64,000 nucleotides of DNA. It comes from Acidimicrobiia bacterium (GTDB lineage Bacteria > Actinomycetota > Acidimicrobiia > Spongiisociales > UBA5794). A program made the position numbers and the translations under genes. Below are positions 1 through 9,311 of this stretch, one piece after another. The DNA lies in the NCBI GenBank assembly GCA_041393965.1, contig JAWKJB010000002.1, forward strand, positions 512,339 to 576,338, in the 5' to 3' direction. How positions within the stretch are numbered: position 1 is the stretch's first letter; every line of letters begins with the position of its first letter. The notes beneath the pieces are model-generated. The model was given only the letters and a program-made list of their open reading frames with translations, did not search any database and was not told the origin of the DNA.

Positions 1-192
1 ATGACCGCACGACGGGCAGTGGACATCCCCGTCTGATGTCTGGGCGCGGCACCACGGGCACGGCAGGTCGCTTCCGTCGCCGACGAGCGCTACCTGGGGT
101 TCCCTCCCCATGTTCGGTGACGGAACGGCCCGGCTGCCGACCGTGACGAGCGCGATGGTTACGAACACGGCGGCAAGGGCAATCTCCAACAT
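1..192 (-). CDS. Small membrane-anchored zinc-ribbon protein, partial (runs off the window start)
   Basis: Minus-strand ORF not in the track: ATG at 192 preceded by GGAGGGAG. Translation is MLEIALAAVFVTIALVTVGSRAVPSPNMGREPQVALVGDGSDLPCPWCRAQTSDGDVHCPSCGH..., with one N-terminal hydrophobic helix and a CPxC...CPxCGH metal-binding motif. No stop before position 1. Co-directional with the phosphotransferase gene. Confidence 0.35.
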   Translation of the reverse strand, partial: MLEIALAAVFVTIALVTVGSRAVPSPNMGREPQVALVGDGSDLPCPWCRAQTSDGDVHCPSCGH

Positions 193-250
193 CGGCTCTC
201 CCTCCATCGGGTGACCCAATGTAGGCGCAGACCGCGAAAATCCCCGGTAT

Positions 251-1147
251 TTACTCGCCGAGTGCCCCGAGCACCGCGCGGTTGAATTCGGGCACCAGAT
301 TGTCGGGAACATCGGTCGGTTTCGACGAGAGCTGCTGTTCCGCGAGGTGCACAAGCGCCTGCGCTGCGTGGTAGACGATCCAGCGGTCGAGCTGGGCAGG
401 CTCGAAGGTCTTTCCGTAGCCGCGAAGCACCGCCGCGGCTGCAACCGGCCCCATGTGGATACCAACGGACCACGCGGCGCGCGACAGGTCCCACTCGGGC
501 GGTGCGAGCGTTGCCCATTCCCAGCTCACAAGGGTCACGCCCCCCGCGTCGTCAACGACGAACTTCTTCGCGATCGGATCCGTGTGCGAGACCACCGGCG
601 TCCCAGCGTGGGGAGGCTGCACCGTTGTCGCGGCAGATACCAACTCGGCGGGGACACCGACCCGTGCCCGGTAACGGTCGAGGCGACGCAACGCCGAACG
701 GAAATCCACAGCGATCCACTCCTGATCGATGCCTCGTGCGAGATTCGAAAAGGCGGCAGGCGCAGCTCGGTGCAGCGACGCGAGGATCTCCCCGGTCTTC
801 TCTGCCAGTCCGGGATTCTCAGGAAGAGTTTGGAGGTTCCATTTCCCCCCATCGACGAACTTCGCCCAGTGGATCCCCTCTTCGACCCCCCGTTCGACGA
901 TCAACGGCACGCCGGGCACATCCGACAAGGCATCGAGCGCATGCATCTCCCGACGGAGGCGCGAATCGGAACCATAGATCTTGAGGATCTCGGTGGAATG
1001 TTCACGCCAGATCCGGAACACATGGTTTGCGCCCTGGAGGGGTGTCGGGGAAGTCAACTGCTGGACCGCCGTCCCTTCGGCGAACTTCTCTGCCAGCGCT
1101 TTCGGATCCATTGCCCCACCCTTGTCGTCGTATCCCGAACGATACAC
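251..1147 (-). CDS. Phosphotransferase family protein (aminoglycoside/choline-kinase-like fold)
   Basis: 298-aa ORF with varied amino-acid composition, whereas the + strand ORF over the same region is Arg/Gly/Pro-rich. Contains an HTDPIAKKFVVDD catalytic-loop-like segment and a downstream LVSWEWATLAPPEWDLS segment resembling the APH/ChoK D-x-E/W motif. The start could instead be M at 1111. Confidence 0.6.
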   Translation of the reverse strand: MYRSGYDDKGGAMDPKALAEKFAEGTAVQQLTSPTPLQGANHVFRIWREHSTEILKIYGSDSRLRREMHALDALSDVPGVPLIVERGVEEGIHWAKFVDGGKWNLQTLPENPGLAEKTGEILASLHRAAPAAFSNLARGIDQEWIAVDFRSALRRLDRYRARVGVPAELVSAATTVQPPHAGTPVVSHTDPIAKKFVVDDAGGVTLVSWEWATLAPPEWDLSRAAWSVGIHMGPVAAAAVLRGYGKTFEPAQLDRWIVYHAAQALVHLAEQQLSSKPTDVPDNLVPEFNRAVLGALGE

Positions 1148-1203
1148 ACCAATGCCGGACGAGGGTACCCTTGCCGTTCACATCCGTACGATCAGGAGAC
1201 ACG

Positions 1204-3150
1204 GTGACGGTTGCGATCACGCTCCCGGACGGCAGCATCAAGGAGTATCCCGAAGGTGTCACCGGCCACGGCATTGCCTCCGATGTGGGGCCGCGCCTTG
1301 CAAAAGCGGCGGTGGCGGTCACGGTCGATGGTGCACTGTACGACCTTCACCGTCCCATCGAGGATGACGCATCCGTGTCGATCGTCACGGACACCACCGA
1401 AGCGGGCCGCGAAGTCATGCGACACTCGGCAGCGCACATCATGGCCCAGGCCGTCCTCGGTCTGTTCCCGGACGCGACCTTCGCCATCGGTCCGGCGATC
1501 GACGACGGCTTCTACTACGACTTCGCGGTCGATGAGCCGTTCACACCCGAGGATCTCGAACGGATCGAGCAGAAGATGGCCGAGATCGTTGCCGCCGACC
1601 AGCCCTTCGAGCGAGACCATCTGACGATCGATGAAGCGCTGGCTGCCTTCGCGGATCATCCCTTCAAGCTCGAGATCATCAAAGGGGTCGATGCAGGCGA
1701 AGGTGTCGGAGACAGCGGCGTCTCCACCTACCGGAACGATGAGTTCCTCGACCTGTGTCGCGGTCCCCACCTGCCATCGACCGGCAGACTCGTCGCCTTC
1801 AAGCTTCTCCGATCCGCCGGGGCGTACTGGCGTGGTGACGAGACGAACCCGCAGCTTCAGCGGATCTACGGAACGGCATGGGAGTCACCCAAAGCACTCG
1901 ACGAGTACCTGGTCCGGCTCGAGGAGGCAGCTCAGCGGGATCACCGCAGGCTCGGCGCAGAGCTCGATCTCTTCTCCTTCCCCCAAGAACTCGGAAGTGG
2001 TCTTGCGTTGTGGCATCCCAAGGGCGGCATCCTGCGCAAGACGATCGAGGATTACTCGCGCAGGACCCACCTTGCCGGTGGATACGACTGTGTGGTGAGT
2101 CCACATCTCGCGAAGGCCGACCTGTGGGAAACCTCGGGGCATAGCGGCTTCTACGCCGAGAACATGTATCCGTCGATGGTGCTCGACAACGACGACACGC
2201 GTGAAGGCCAGGCGTATGTCGTCAAACCGATGAATTGTCCCTTCCACATCCTCGTCTACCGATCCTCGACGCGGTCATACCGCGACCTTCCGATGCGGCT
2301 GTTCGAACTCGGGACCGTGTACCGATACGAACGCTCAGGCGTCGTTCACGGTCTCTTGCGGGCGAGAGGTTTCACCCAGGACGACAGCCACATCTTCACG
2401 ACCGAGGACGGCCTCGCTGACGAACTCCAACGACTCCTCGACTTCGTGCTGATGGTGTTGCGCGATTTCGGCTTCGAGGAGTTCGAGGCGGACCTGTCGA
2501 CCCGCCCCGAGAAATATGTCGGGGACATCGAGGCGTGGAAGCGCTCAGAGGCGTACCTCGCCGCGTCACTCGAATCCGCAGGCCTGTCCTATCAGCTCGC
2601 TCCCGGTGAAGGAGCCTTCTACGGGCCGAAGATCGACATCCATGTCAAGGACGCCATCGGGCGACGATGGCAACTCTCGACGATCCAAGTGGACTTCGCA
2701 CAGCCGGAGAATTTCGATCTCGTGTACGCATCGGCTCACAACACGAGGGAACGACCGGTGATGATCCATCGCGCCCTTCTCGGTTCCATCGAGCGATTCG
2801 TTGGGGTTCTCGTCGAGCACTACGCCGGTGCATTCCCGGTGTGGTTGGCACCTGTGCAGGCCACCGTTGTCCCGGTCGCGGACCGTCACCGCGACTACGC
2901 CGCCTCCGTCGCTGACCGCCTCCGGGGGGTCGGTCTCCGGGTGGAGGTTGACACCGCCGACGACACCGTCGGCGACAAGATCCGGAAGGCCATCACCGCC
3001 AAGCACCCCGCGGTGCTGGTTGTCGGGGACAACGATGTTGAAAACGACACCGTCGGGCTTCGTCTTCGCGGCGACGACAAGGAAGAACGCGGCGTTGCGG
3101 TGCAAGCGACCGTTGAACGCCTTGAGAAGCTCGCCGCACCGCCACGCTGA
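1204..3150 (+). CDS. thrS: Threonyl-tRNA synthetase
   Basis: GTG at 1204 follows AGGAGA. N-terminal TGS-domain sequence VTVAITLPDGS and class II aaRS motifs. Length 649 aa. The track ORF at 1027 is extended in-frame upstream. Confidence 0.93.
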   Translation: MTVAITLPDGSIKEYPEGVTGHGIASDVGPRLAKAAVAVTVDGALYDLHRPIEDDASVSIVTDTTEAGREVMRHSAAHIMAQAVLGLFPDATFAIGPAIDDGFYYDFAVDEPFTPEDLERIEQKMAEIVAADQPFERDHLTIDEALAAFADHPFKLEIIKGVDAGEGVGDSGVSTYRNDEFLDLCRGPHLPSTGRLVAFKLLRSAGAYWRGDETNPQLQRIYGTAWESPKALDEYLVRLEEAAQRDHRRLGAELDLFSFPQELGSGLALWHPKGGILRKTIEDYSRRTHLAGGYDCVVSPHLAKADLWETSGHSGFYAENMYPSMVLDNDDTREGQAYVVKPMNCPFHILVYRSSTRSYRDLPMRLFELGTVYRYERSGVVHGLLRARGFTQDDSHIFTTEDGLADELQRLLDFVLMVLRDFGFEEFEADLSTRPEKYVGDIEAWKRSEAYLAASLESAGLSYQLAPGEGAFYGPKIDIHVKDAIGRRWQLSTIQVDFAQPENFDLVYASAHNTRERPVMIHRALLGSIERFVGVLVEHYAGAFPVWLAPVQATVVPVADRHRDYAASVADRLRGVGLRVEVDTADDTVGDKIRKAITAKHPAVLVVGDNDVENDTVGLRLRGDDKEERGVAVQATVERLEKLAAPPR

Positions 3151-3247
3151 TTCGACCGTTTCCGGTGGTCACCGCTGCCAACAGAACCGTCACTAGTCTG
3201 CGCCGGCGAAGCACCCCCACTTCTTTCGCTTTTCTTGGAGGCATGCC

Positions 3248-5950
3248 GTGAAGACCCTTGTGAATGGACTCGCGATGTCCGTGCGCCGTGGCCCGTGGAT
3301 CGTGATCGGCGTCGTCGTCTTGGTGACGATGGTGCTCGGATCCTTTGGCTCACAGTTCCAGCCAGCCGAGGACCAGAACGAGTCGTTCGCCCCTTCGGCT
3401 CCCGAACTTGAAGCTTCCGAGACGATCGCTGCCTCGTTCGGAGCCGTCACCAACATGCAGGTCGTCGTGAGCAGCGACACCGGAGATGTGGTCACGCTCG
3501 CTGCGCTCGAAGCGGCCCAAGAACTCGAAGCGGCAGTGCGGTCCTCGAGTGCCGGGGAGTACCTCGTCGACACGCCGCAGCTCCCTGCGGTTCTGAGCCA
3601 TCTCGCCCCGGTGCAGTTCGCGGTCGCGGCGGGAGCCCCGGCACCGACTTCAGATGCAGAGGTCAAAGCCCTCTACACGGCAGGGCTCGAGCAGACGCCG
3701 CCTGAGTTTCGACCGTTCCTGACCTCCTTGCTCAGTGACGATGCCGACCTCGCAACGGCGACGAGCGAGCTCGGTCTGACGGTGATCACCTATGAGACGA
3801 CCGATGATTTCGATGAGCTCGCCGACCGGGCGCAGGACCTTGCCGCAGCGATCGGTTCTGCACCGATGCCAGCATCGATCACCGAGACCCCTTTCAGTGC
3901 CGAGCTGATCTTCTCGTCAACGGACGAGTTCCAGACGGAAATCTCGCGCTTGTTGCTCGCTGCGGTGATGATCATTTTGCTCGTTCTCGCAACGATCTTC
4001 CTGGTCAAACCGAAAGGTGGTCGGGACCGCGCCATTCACATCGCGGGTGTCACGCTCATGATCGTCGGCGCCGGGATTGCGATCGTGCCGGGACTCGCGA
4101 CGATCTTTCCGGACCTGTTCCCCGATGCGTGGGCCGATGTGGAGGTGCAGCCAGTCCTTATTGGCGCCTCAGCGTGCTACCTGATCGCCTTCTTGATGTG
4201 GACCTTGACGAGTCGACGGCTGCGCCGAACAACGGCCGACACGCTCGTGACCTTCGTGGCGATCATGCTCGCGATCGTCTGGATGAACGGGTACGGCTAC
4301 CTCCGGTTCAAGGACATGTCCCAGATGGTGCAGCTGCTCCCGATCCTGCTCATCGGGCTTGGTGTCGACTACGCGATCCACATGAACTCCCGGTACCGCC
4401 AGGAACTCGCACGCGGCCGTTCCGTCGACAGCTCGATCTCCCGAGCGATTCGAACGGTGGGCGTTGCCCTCGTCCTTGCGACGGTCACCACGGCCGTTGG
4501 CTTCCTCACGAATGTGACGAGCTCGATTCCCGCGCTTGCCGAGTTCGGGGAGATGGCAGCCTTCGGGATTCTCGCATCGTTCGCCCTGATGCTGACCCTT
4601 GTCCCTGCGATTCGGGAACTCCTCGATCGCAAGGCCGAACGGCAAGGCACTCTCGACACGGGCGGCTTCGACAGCAACGAGTCACGGCTCATTCCGAAAG
4701 CCGTCGGTAGCCTTGCCATTCTTCCGCACAAGTTCGCGGTCGGAACCCTTGTCGTTTCCTTGCTTCTCGCCGGGTTGGGTGCCTACGGCATGACGGGACT
4801 CACGACGAAGTTCTCTTTTCTCGATTTCGTTCCAACCACTTCCCCGCTTCGGGACACGGCGGAGACCATCGACACCCGGTTCGACTTCCCCGAGACAACC
4901 TCGGTACTCGTCGAGGGCGACCTCACCAACGGCGACGGATGGAACGCGATGCTGACCTCCTATACCAACGCTGGCGATGTCGACCATGTGTCGGTGGTCG
5001 AGCTCCCATCGGGTGCACGATTCGCAGCCGGGAACTCGCTGATGACAATCATGAACCAATGGCTCAACCCGGCAAGCCCGGCGTTCGACCAGGACCTCTT
5101 CAATACCGCGCTGTCGGTCGGTTTCGGCCAGGATCGGCGAGTGCCGGAGGATGCCGATGTTTCCCCCCTCTACGACGCCGCGTACGCGAAGGATCCCGTC
5201 ACGATGCGTGCAATCCTGACGCCTTCGTACGACGCGACCGTCTACAACTTCGACACCACGGCGGGTGAGTCCGACGCAGGGAGCCTCGCCGTTGATCTCA
5301 ACGAGGCGTTCCAGCCGATGCGCGACATCGGCGGGTCGGCCGTAGCGACTTCGAACTTCATCATCAGCGGCCTCGTCGTCGACACGCTGAGCGATTCGCA
5401 GGTCTCATCGCTGATTCTCACCCTGTCGGCCGCCCTCCTCCTTCTGGTGATCAACTTCTGGTACGAGATTCGCAGGCCGATGGTGGGCGTCATCACGACC
5501 ATCCCGGTTGCGATCGTGGTTGTGTGGTCGTTCGGGCTGATGGCAGCGCTCGGGATCCCCTTCGGCCCCGTGACCGCCACGATTTCGGCGCTCGCGATCG
5601 GCATCGGGATCCCGTACATGATCCATGTGACCCACCGGTACCTCGAGGAGCGTGCCGAGGTCGACGATATCGACGATGCCATCGAAGAAACGCTCGTCCA
5701 TACCGGTGGTGCCCTCGGTGGATCTGCCGCAACCACCGTGTTCGGATTCGGGATACTCGTCACCTCGTCCACGATTCCGTTCAGGCAGTTCGGGTTCGTC
5801 ACCGCATACACGATTCTGCTTGCGCTGATCGCGGCAGTGGCGGTGCTGCCGTCCATGCTTGTGGTGTGGTCGCGCTGGCACCTGCGCCGGGGTGATGCAC
5901 CGGTGTCGATTGTGCCGCTCGGAGGGGATCCGAACGGAGACGCCACCTAG
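3248..5950 (+). CDS. MMPL-family (RND superfamily) membrane transporter
   Basis: 900 aa with two blocks of TM helices separated by a soluble domain. GVDYAIHMNSRY and IGIPYMIHVTHRY repeats are typical of MMPL/RND transporters. GTG start 6 nt after GGAGG. Confidence 0.85.
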   Translation: MKTLVNGLAMSVRRGPWIVIGVVVLVTMVLGSFGSQFQPAEDQNESFAPSAPELEASETIAASFGAVTNMQVVVSSDTGDVVTLAALEAAQELEAAVRSSSAGEYLVDTPQLPAVLSHLAPVQFAVAAGAPAPTSDAEVKALYTAGLEQTPPEFRPFLTSLLSDDADLATATSELGLTVITYETTDDFDELADRAQDLAAAIGSAPMPASITETPFSAELIFSSTDEFQTEISRLLLAAVMIILLVLATIFLVKPKGGRDRAIHIAGVTLMIVGAGIAIVPGLATIFPDLFPDAWADVEVQPVLIGASACYLIAFLMWTLTSRRLRRTTADTLVTFVAIMLAIVWMNGYGYLRFKDMSQMVQLLPILLIGLGVDYAIHMNSRYRQELARGRSVDSSISRAIRTVGVALVLATVTTAVGFLTNVTSSIPALAEFGEMAAFGILASFALMLTLVPAIRELLDRKAERQGTLDTGGFDSNESRLIPKAVGSLAILPHKFAVGTLVVSLLLAGLGAYGMTGLTTKFSFLDFVPTTSPLRDTAETIDTRFDFPETTSVLVEGDLTNGDGWNAMLTSYTNAGDVDHVSVVELPSGARFAAGNSLMTIMNQWLNPASPAFDQDLFNTALSVGFGQDRRVPEDADVSPLYDAAYAKDPVTMRAILTPSYDATVYNFDTTAGESDAGSLAVDLNEAFQPMRDIGGSAVATSNFIISGLVVDTLSDSQVSSLILTLSAALLLLVINFWYEIRRPMVGVITTIPVAIVVVWSFGLMAALGIPFGPVTATISALAIGIGIPYMIHVTHRYLEERAEVDDIDDAIEETLVHTGGALGGSAATTVFGFGILVTSSTIPFRQFGFVTAYTILLALIAAVAVLPSMLVVWSRWHLRRGDAPVSIVPLGGDPNGDAT

Positions 5951-5971
5951 AGCCTCAGGAGGGCAGGAGGG

Positions 5972-6406
5972 ATGACGACCAACGGGAGTCGACCATCGGG
6001 GGCCGTTCCGTATCGTGTCCTCGACACGGCGACCCGCCGAAGGGCCTCTGTCGTCTACCTCGGCGCCGCCGGAGTTGCTTCGCTCCTGATCCTCGCTGTC
6101 GGCATCAACGCGATGTGGCTGACGGCGGTGCTGCCGATCCTGTTGCTTGCCCTCTCCCAGTTCGTCGGTGGTTGGAGGATCGAGGTCACGGACATGGCAG
6201 CGATCGCCGCCGCCGGACGGCACACGACCTTCGAGGTCGGCCACGGATCGGCAACCCTCGGCTATCGCGGCTGGCTGGCCAAGCCCGTGTGGCAGGTGGT
6301 CGTCTATGCCGCCGGTGGCACACCGGACCATCAGGCGTTGGTGGTGATTGATGCCCTGACCGGCGAGGTCCTCGGCACCCACGAAGAGGCGGTTGGGGTT
6401 CCCTAG
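5972..6406 (+). CDS. Hypothetical small membrane protein (2 TM helices plus a ~70-aa soluble tail; bacterial PH-domain-like architecture)
   Basis: ATG follows AGGAGGGCAGGAGGG, 21 nt after the MMPL stop. Two predicted TM helices (VVYLGAAGVASLLILAVGI, LTAVLPILLLALSQFVGGW). No recognisable catalytic motif. Confidence 0.5.
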   Translation: MTTNGSRPSGAVPYRVLDTATRRRASVVYLGAAGVASLLILAVGINAMWLTAVLPILLLALSQFVGGWRIEVTDMAAIAAAGRHTTFEVGHGSATLGYRGWLAKPVWQVVVYAAGGTPDHQALVVIDALTGEVLGTHEEAVGVP

Positions 6407-6420
6407 AAACGAGTTCTAGG
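6402..6420. terminator. Short palindrome between convergent genes containing both stop codons (possible bidirectional terminator)
   Basis: cctagaa-acgag-ttctagg. The TAG of the + gene (6404-6406) and the TAG of minus-strand gltA (6416-6418) lie in the two arms. AT-rich 7-bp stem and no U-run, so a weak candidate. Confidence 0.3.
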
Positions 6421-7711
6421 ACCGATCGGCGATCGGGGCGAATTCCCGCGCGGTCTCGCCGATGTAGAGCTGGCGCGGACGCATGATTCTCGTGTCGGGG
6501 TCGCTGTTCATCTCCATCCAGTTCGCGATCCAGCCCGGCAAACGCCCGATTGCGAACAGCACCGTGAACATCCTTGAGGGGAATCCGAGTGCGCGGAAGA
6601 TGATCCCGGAGTAGAAGTCCACATTCGGATACAGCTTGCGTGAGGCGAAGTAGTCGTCCTCGAGTGCCGCGGCCTCAAGCTCACGGGCGATCTCGAGGAG
6701 CGGATCGCTCGTTTCCATCCGGTCGAGGACATCCTCTGCGTACGATCGCAACACCCGAGCCCGCGGGTCGTAGTTGCTGTAGACGCGGTGGCCGAAGCCC
6801 ATCAGCCGGAAGTCGTCGTTCTTGTCCTTTGCTCGCTCGAGAGTCGAGGCGATTGTTGCCTTCGGATCGTCATGGATCTCCTGGAGCATTTCGATGACGG
6901 ACTGGTTCGCACCACCGTGGAGCGGACCCCACAGCGCACCCATACCTGCCGCAACGCTCGTGAACATGTTGGCGCGCGACGAACCGACGGACCGTACGGT
7001 CGCCGTTGAGCAGTTCTGGCCGTGGTCCGCATGGAGGATCAGCAGCACATTGAGGGCCTTGACGACGGCAGGATCGATCGGGGTCTCCTCAACCGGGCGA
7101 GCGAACATCATGTGGAGGAAATTCTCGACATAACCGAGGGTGTTGTCCGGATAGATATACGGCTCGCCAATCGATTTCTTATAGGCCCACGCGGCAACCG
7201 TCGGAAGCTTGGCGATCAGCGTTCTCGCCCCCGAATCCACCTCGCGTTTCCGGGTGGGGCGCCGATAGATGTCGTAAAAGGTCGAGATGGCATTGGTCGC
7301 AGACGACAGCACCGCCATGGGGTGTGCACGACGGGGAAACGCGTCGAAGAAGGAGCGCATCTCCTCGTTGAGAAGCGTGTGTGTCGAAATATCGTGCTCC
7401 CAGGTGTCGAGTGCGGCTTTGTTTGGGAGCTCGCCATACATCAGCAGGTACGCGACCTCGAGGAAGCTGCAGTTGCGAGCGAGGTCCTCGATCGCATAGC
7501 CGCGATGGCGCAGCTCGCCAGCCGCGCCGTTGATGTAGGTGATCGCAGAACGGGCGTTCGCCGTGTTCGCGAATCCGGGATCGAAGGTGACATGACCGAT
7601 CTCAGCGCGAAGCCGCCTGATGTCGATTCCGGGCTGGCCAGCCGACACCTCGAAGGTGTCGAGTTCGAGACTGGCATCTCCGATCTGAAGCCTGGCCTTT
7701 GCGTCGCTCAT
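6416..7711 (-). CDS. gltA: Citrate synthase (type II)
   Basis: 431 aa starting MSDAKARLQIGDASLELDTFEVSAG. Conserved citrate synthase blocks GFGHRVY, LHADHG and SGIIFRALGFP. Confidence 0.92.
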   Translation of the reverse strand: MSDAKARLQIGDASLELDTFEVSAGQPGIDIRRLRAEIGHVTFDPGFANTANARSAITYINGAAGELRHRGYAIEDLARNCSFLEVAYLLMYGELPNKAALDTWEHDISTHTLLNEEMRSFFDAFPRRAHPMAVLSSATNAISTFYDIYRRPTRKREVDSGARTLIAKLPTVAAWAYKKSIGEPYIYPDNTLGYVENFLHMMFARPVEETPIDPAVVKALNVLLILHADHGQNCSTATVRSVGSSRANMFTSVAAGMGALWGPLHGGANQSVIEMLQEIHDDPKATIASTLERAKDKNDDFRLMGFGHRVYSNYDPRARVLRSYAEDVLDRMETSDPLLEIARELEAAALEDDYFASRKLYPNVDFYSGIIFRALGFPSRMFTVLFAIGRLPGWIANWMEMNSDPDTRIMRPRQLYIGETAREFAPIADRS

Positions 7712-7839
7712 CTGTCCTGGTTCCTCGTTCGCGGTGCGTGGAGTCCCTATCTGACGGCCGATCCCCGTCGTGGGTGTGACTCTAGCGGCAGGAGGAACCG
7801 TGACTGTCTGTGGTACCTTTCCGGCGAAGGAGGTCCCGC

Positions 7840-8424
7840 TTGCTCGACCTCAAGGGGCGAAAAAAGGTCGCTCCGGTACTCAAACCGATCGCCGCATTCC
7901 TCGCGAGGCTGAGGCTCACCCCGACGGTGGTCACGATCCTCGGATTGGTGATCACCGTCGTCGGCGCCACCCTGATTGCGGCAGGCAGGCTCTCCCTCGG
8001 CGCGGCAACCGCAGGATTCGGTACGCTGCTCGACGCGTTGGATGGCCCGCTCGCGCGCCTGCAGGGAACGGCGACGAACCGTGGCGCATTCCTCGACACC
8101 ATCTCCGACCGTTTCGGGGAGATCGCCATCTGGATCGGTATCGCGGTATTCGTCCGCGGTGACCAAAGACTCCTCGTCCTTTGCATCATCGGACTGGTGC
8201 TGTCACTCCTCGTCCCGTACATCCGGGCGCATGCACAGGTGCTCGGTTTGGAAGGAAAAGGGGGCTGGATGGGGCGGGCCGAGCGGATGATCTTCATTCT
8301 CACCGGTGTCGGACTTGTCGGTTTCGGGCTGGCGCTCGAACCCATTCTCTGGGTGTTCGTCGCCCTGACCGGTTTCACTGTGGCGCAACGCATCTGGAAG
8401 ACCTGGCAGCAGCTCGGATCGTGA
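7840..8424 (+). CDS. pgsA: CDP-alcohol phosphatidyltransferase (phosphatidylinositol synthase-like, PgsA1 type)
   Basis: Motif DALDGPLARLQGTATNRGAFLDTISDRFGE matches D-G-x2-A-R...G-x3-D-x3-D. Preferred start is TTG at 7840, 6 nt after AGGAGG. The track start at 7810 makes the SD code for RRRR. Followed by acyltransferase and GT4 genes as in the mycobacterial PIM operon. Confidence 0.85.
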   Translation: MLDLKGRKKVAPVLKPIAAFLARLRLTPTVVTILGLVITVVGATLIAAGRLSLGAATAGFGTLLDALDGPLARLQGTATNRGAFLDTISDRFGEIAIWIGIAVFVRGDQRLLVLCIIGLVLSLLVPYIRAHAQVLGLEGKGGWMGRAERMIFILTGVGLVGFGLALEPILWVFVALTGFTVAQRIWKTWQQLGS

Positions 8425-9311
8425 AGGCGCGTCTGGTCTATGCGGGATTCCGATCGGTCGCGGCCGTGTTCGGTGCATTGCCCGAGCCGTGGATGCGCCA
8501 CATCGGCGAGTGGTTCGGGCGGCGTTGGGCGGCTCGCTCGAAGGCGAAGCGTCCCCTCCTGGAGCGTCACATGCGGCGGGTCATGGGATCGCAGGCCCCG
8601 GCCGATGCCATCGATTACGCGGTTGATCGGATGTTCGAATCGTACGGCCGCTACTGGGCTGAGACATTCTGGCTTCGTCCGCGGCGACACGATGCGGTGT
8701 GTGCGCGGGTCGAACGGCACGGCTTCTGGCACATCGACGAAGCGGTGGCGCGGGGACAAGGCATCATCTTTGCCCTTCCGCACCTCGGGAGTTGGGAGGT
8801 CGCCGGGCTTGTCGCCGACGAGATCGGCGTCCCGGTACTCGCGGTCGCCGAAGACCTTCCGAACAGCCTCATCACTGGATGGTTCGTACGGATCAGGAAT
8901 GCCCTCGGCATCGACATCGTTCTCACGACCGACCCGCAACGGCGATCGAAGTTGATCCGCCGTCTCGCTGGTGGCGAAGCGATCGCGTTGCTCGCCGATC
9001 GAGATGTGACCGGGCGTGGCGTGTCAGTCCGGTTTTTCGGAGAGGAAACGAAAATGCCGTCCGGACCGGTGGGTCTTGCGGTGCTGACGGGGGCGGCGTT
9101 GATTCCCGTCGGGGTGTATTTCCGTGAGGGGGCCGGGCACCGCATCGAGATCCATCCACCCCTCGAAATCCCCGCTGCGGAGACCCGCGATGTGGCCATC
9201 GCCGAGGGTGCGGCGCTGATGGCGACAACGCTCGAGTCGATCATTCGTCGTGACCCGTCGCAGTGGCATCTCTTCCAACCGAACTGGCCTTCCGACGAAG
9301 GAGTCGGGTGA
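8421..9311 (+). CDS. patA: Lipid A biosynthesis lauroyl/PIM acyltransferase family (HtrB/PatA-like)
   Basis: GTG at 8421 overlaps the pgsA stop (GTGA). N-terminus VKARLVYAGFRSVAAVFGALPEPWMRHIGEWFG is typical of LpxL/PatA acyltransferases. The track ORF from 8181 is an over-extension inside pgsA. Confidence 0.8.
   Translation: MKARLVYAGFRSVAAVFGALPEPWMRHIGEWFGRRWAARSKAKRPLLERHMRRVMGSQAPADAIDYAVDRMFESYGRYWAETFWLRPRRHDAVCARVERHGFWHIDEAVARGQGIIFALPHLGSWEVAGLVADEIGVPVLAVAEDLPNSLITGWFVRIRNALGIDIVLTTDPQRRSKLIRRLAGGEAIALLADRDVTGRGVSVRFFGEETKMPSGPVGLAVLTGAALIPVGVYFREGAGHRIEIHPPLEIPAAETRDVAIAEGAALMATTLESIIRRDPSQWHLFQPNWPSDEGVG

Noticed and set aside
347-1207. 286-aa + strand ORF opposite the phosphotransferase-family gene
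   Set aside because: It has low-complexity Arg/Gly/Pro/His-rich composition and no motifs. The minus-strand ORF has enzyme-like motifs.
5405-6382. 325-aa minus-strand ORF opposite the MMPL 3' end and the small membrane protein gene
   Set aside because: It is an Arg/His/Gly-rich antisense artefact.
8181-8420. Upstream 80 codons of the acyltransferase track ORF
   Set aside because: They lie inside pgsA in another frame. The conserved acyltransferase N-terminus begins at GTG 8421, coupled to the pgsA stop.
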